NCBI GenBank assembly: GCA_038496445.1
Contig: JALMLS010000216.1
Location: forward strand, 124,001-188,000
Reading direction: 5' to 3'
From: Trichosphaerium sp. ATCC 40318
Taxonomy: Eukaryota > Protista > Tubulinea
Length of the DNA: 64,000 bases
Shown: in pieces, positions 61,900-64,000 of the stretch
Layout: each line of letters begins with the position of its first letter
How positions within the stretch are numbered: the first letter of the stretch is position 1
Made by a program: the position numbers and the translations under genes
The notes under the pieces: generated by a model
What the model was told of the DNA's origin: nothing
The model's database searches: none
What the model saw: only the letters and a program-made list of their open reading frames with translations

Positions 61900-64000
61900 C
61901 TACGACGACTGTCGTTTATGCAAATACTTGTTAAAGAATGTACGTAAAGTCCAGTCTACTTCTTGCTCTGCTTCTTGGAATATAAGGGACGTGACTTGCC
62001 CTGCCTTCATTCTTTGAGCTATTTCTTTTTTGACTTCAAGAGATAACGAAACTTGCCACTCTGACTCTGAATCATCACTGACGAACTTGTCGTATATCCT
62101 TGTTGCTTCTGAGCTCATTTGATCCATACCAGAAAACTCCATTGTCTTATATACTCTTAAATCCTTATAAAACAGCAAAACCTCGTTATTGTAGATTGAC
62201 TTCAAGAAATTATAAAATTTCTGATAAAGAACTTCATTCGAGAAGATTTTCTCGAAAGTTAAGTTACCCTTCTTGTCCTTAGTTTGCTTCTTTTTCAAAC
62301 TCTTCTTTTCAGAATTATCTTCATCTGTTTCACATAGATGAGATAAACGTAATAACTCATCTTCGTTGTATTCAATCGTTTCGTAGCAAGAAATATTACC
62401 AATGTAATCAAGTAGGCTTGTATCTTTTTTCTTTTCAATATCAACATAAGCAGCTCTTTGGAATCGCAAAATTTGACCAAACCTATTTACAAAAAACCGA
62501 ATAAATAAAAAGTGTCTATGCGCAGAAAGCAAAAAAAATTTCAAAAAAAACAAACAAATCAGCTTTGAATCGCAGCGGGGTAACATACACGGTAGCCAAA
62601 AGAGTCATTTTCTCCCAGTTTACAAAAGTATGAACATCTTCAACAAAGTCGTGGCTTTCTTCAATGTAAAACAAATCACCCAAGATCATACCTATTACAA
62701 ACAATCATTAAGAGTCTATTATTTGACGTAGTTAGTTGGAGAAAATAGAACGAACCTTGATAAGGGATGCAAGGAGGTACCGTGTGGCTAAGAACGTCTC
62801 GATAGGTGCGGAAACCATGATCTTGACTCATTAACTTACCAATGCTCGTAAAAATGGCGGTAGACTTGCTTGGTATATCCTAGACCGAGATTTAATACGC
62901 ACAGTTTGTTAAGCCAGTTACAAAAAATCAAACAGAAATGCTTTGTACCTTCCAAGTCTTTTTTAGCCTTTGCACAGCGAGTTTATTAAACGCCGAATAA
63001 ATTTGCATGACGCCTAGGCCAAATATTAGTCTCACTAGTAAAAGAAAACTACTAGTCTCTTTCGTCACGAATTCTAGGCATAAAAATACGCACCATTGTA
63101 ATTTTGGAGCACTTTTAGGTGATCCATAACAGCCATAAACTTTTGAATCTTCTGTGACCGTACGCGCTTGTGTGTAGCAGTAACAATCTCCGTTGCAACC
63201 CAGTAACTCACCATATTAAACCGTTGTATAATCCTAACGGAGATTAGCAACGAGAAAACAAATCCAAAAAAAAAAATGTACTACAAACGCGTAAAATAAT
63301 TTCAATTACATTCAACAAATGGTTTTTGTCGACAACTGCACTTCCGGCAAAAAAAAAACAACCAAAAATTCTTAACTATGCGTACTTTTGTATAGGATGT
63401 ATTCCACTATGACGCTTATCTTTTGGTGCTTTATCCCACGTTTTATGATAGTAATTTGATAGATCAACAGCCTACGAATTTATAAACCAAACTCCACGAG
63501 GTTTTTCTTTTCATTCAAAAAAAATTTATACCTTGAACAATGAATGATCTATAAGCGTCATTTGAATAGCAAGAGCGATAGGATCCGCATCAAGTAGGTG
63601 AATATTCTTTGGAGGATTGGGGTGAGGTATAATCAATCGATTTGCAGCCTCCGTTTTATATTGCTTCTCGTGGTTGGTCTACAACATGAGTAAATAACCT
63701 CCAAACGTGAACAGCACGGAATACATGAAAATAATAGCCACAAATAGAAAACTTGTAAAAAAAAAAAAATACGTACCACGTATGCTTGAATAGCTTCCGC
63801 CCAATGCTTCTCAGTGTCATTTCCCTATTACAACCATTTTCAGTAACCACCAGTAACGAAAAACTTTTTTAGAGTACCTTTGTGACCAGAAACGTAAAGA
63901 AGTTCTTTAAGAGCTTATTCCACTCCTTGTGTACTCTCAAAGAAGAGTATTTTAGTTCAATCCATTTTTTAATTACATTTATCACCCTAAAAAAGAACTT
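61900..64000 (-). CDS. RasGEF (CDC25) domain protein with C-terminal RGS domain; 5' part outside window
   Basis: IQRFNMVSYWVATEIV, PPCIPYQG..LGDLFYIEE, VNWEKM. RGS: FYNFLKSIYNNEVLLFY...IYDKFV..WQVSL. Confidence 0.88.

Overview
Gene-dense, AT-rich (about 35% GC by eye) nuclear DNA from an intron-rich microbial eukaryote. The ankyrin/SAM TKL kinase, C2-arrestin and RasGEF-RGS suggest an amoebozoan (inference). About 32 protein genes were reconstructed by hand-splicing across short (mostly 40-100 nt) introns. They include an RNA ligase, a MoaD-like protein, DUF2891, a GT37-like fucosyltransferase, COP zeta, PTEN, HPPD, NUDT5, ENT, PiT, adenosine deaminase, NPC2/ML and a LETM1-like protein. Seven near-intronless F-box + tandem-repeat genes are interspersed among them: five 'LAGVHTI' LRR genes and two MORN-variant genes. 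The LRR repeats have a fixed scaffold and about three hypervariable residues each, making a candidate diversifying substrate-receptor (immune-like) repertoire. Other notable signals are: a three-copy dispersed repeat that is a dead, intron-containing kinase fragment lying just 3' of both MORN genes; five GC-AG introns all using a GCACGT donor; an SDR-DEP-START fusion; and an NYN RNase with LOTUS-like and WxHDKF motifs. No rRNA, tRNA, CRISPR array, intact transposase/RT or viral hallmark gene was recognised. Boundaries of multi-exon genes are manual and approximate, and no database searches were run.
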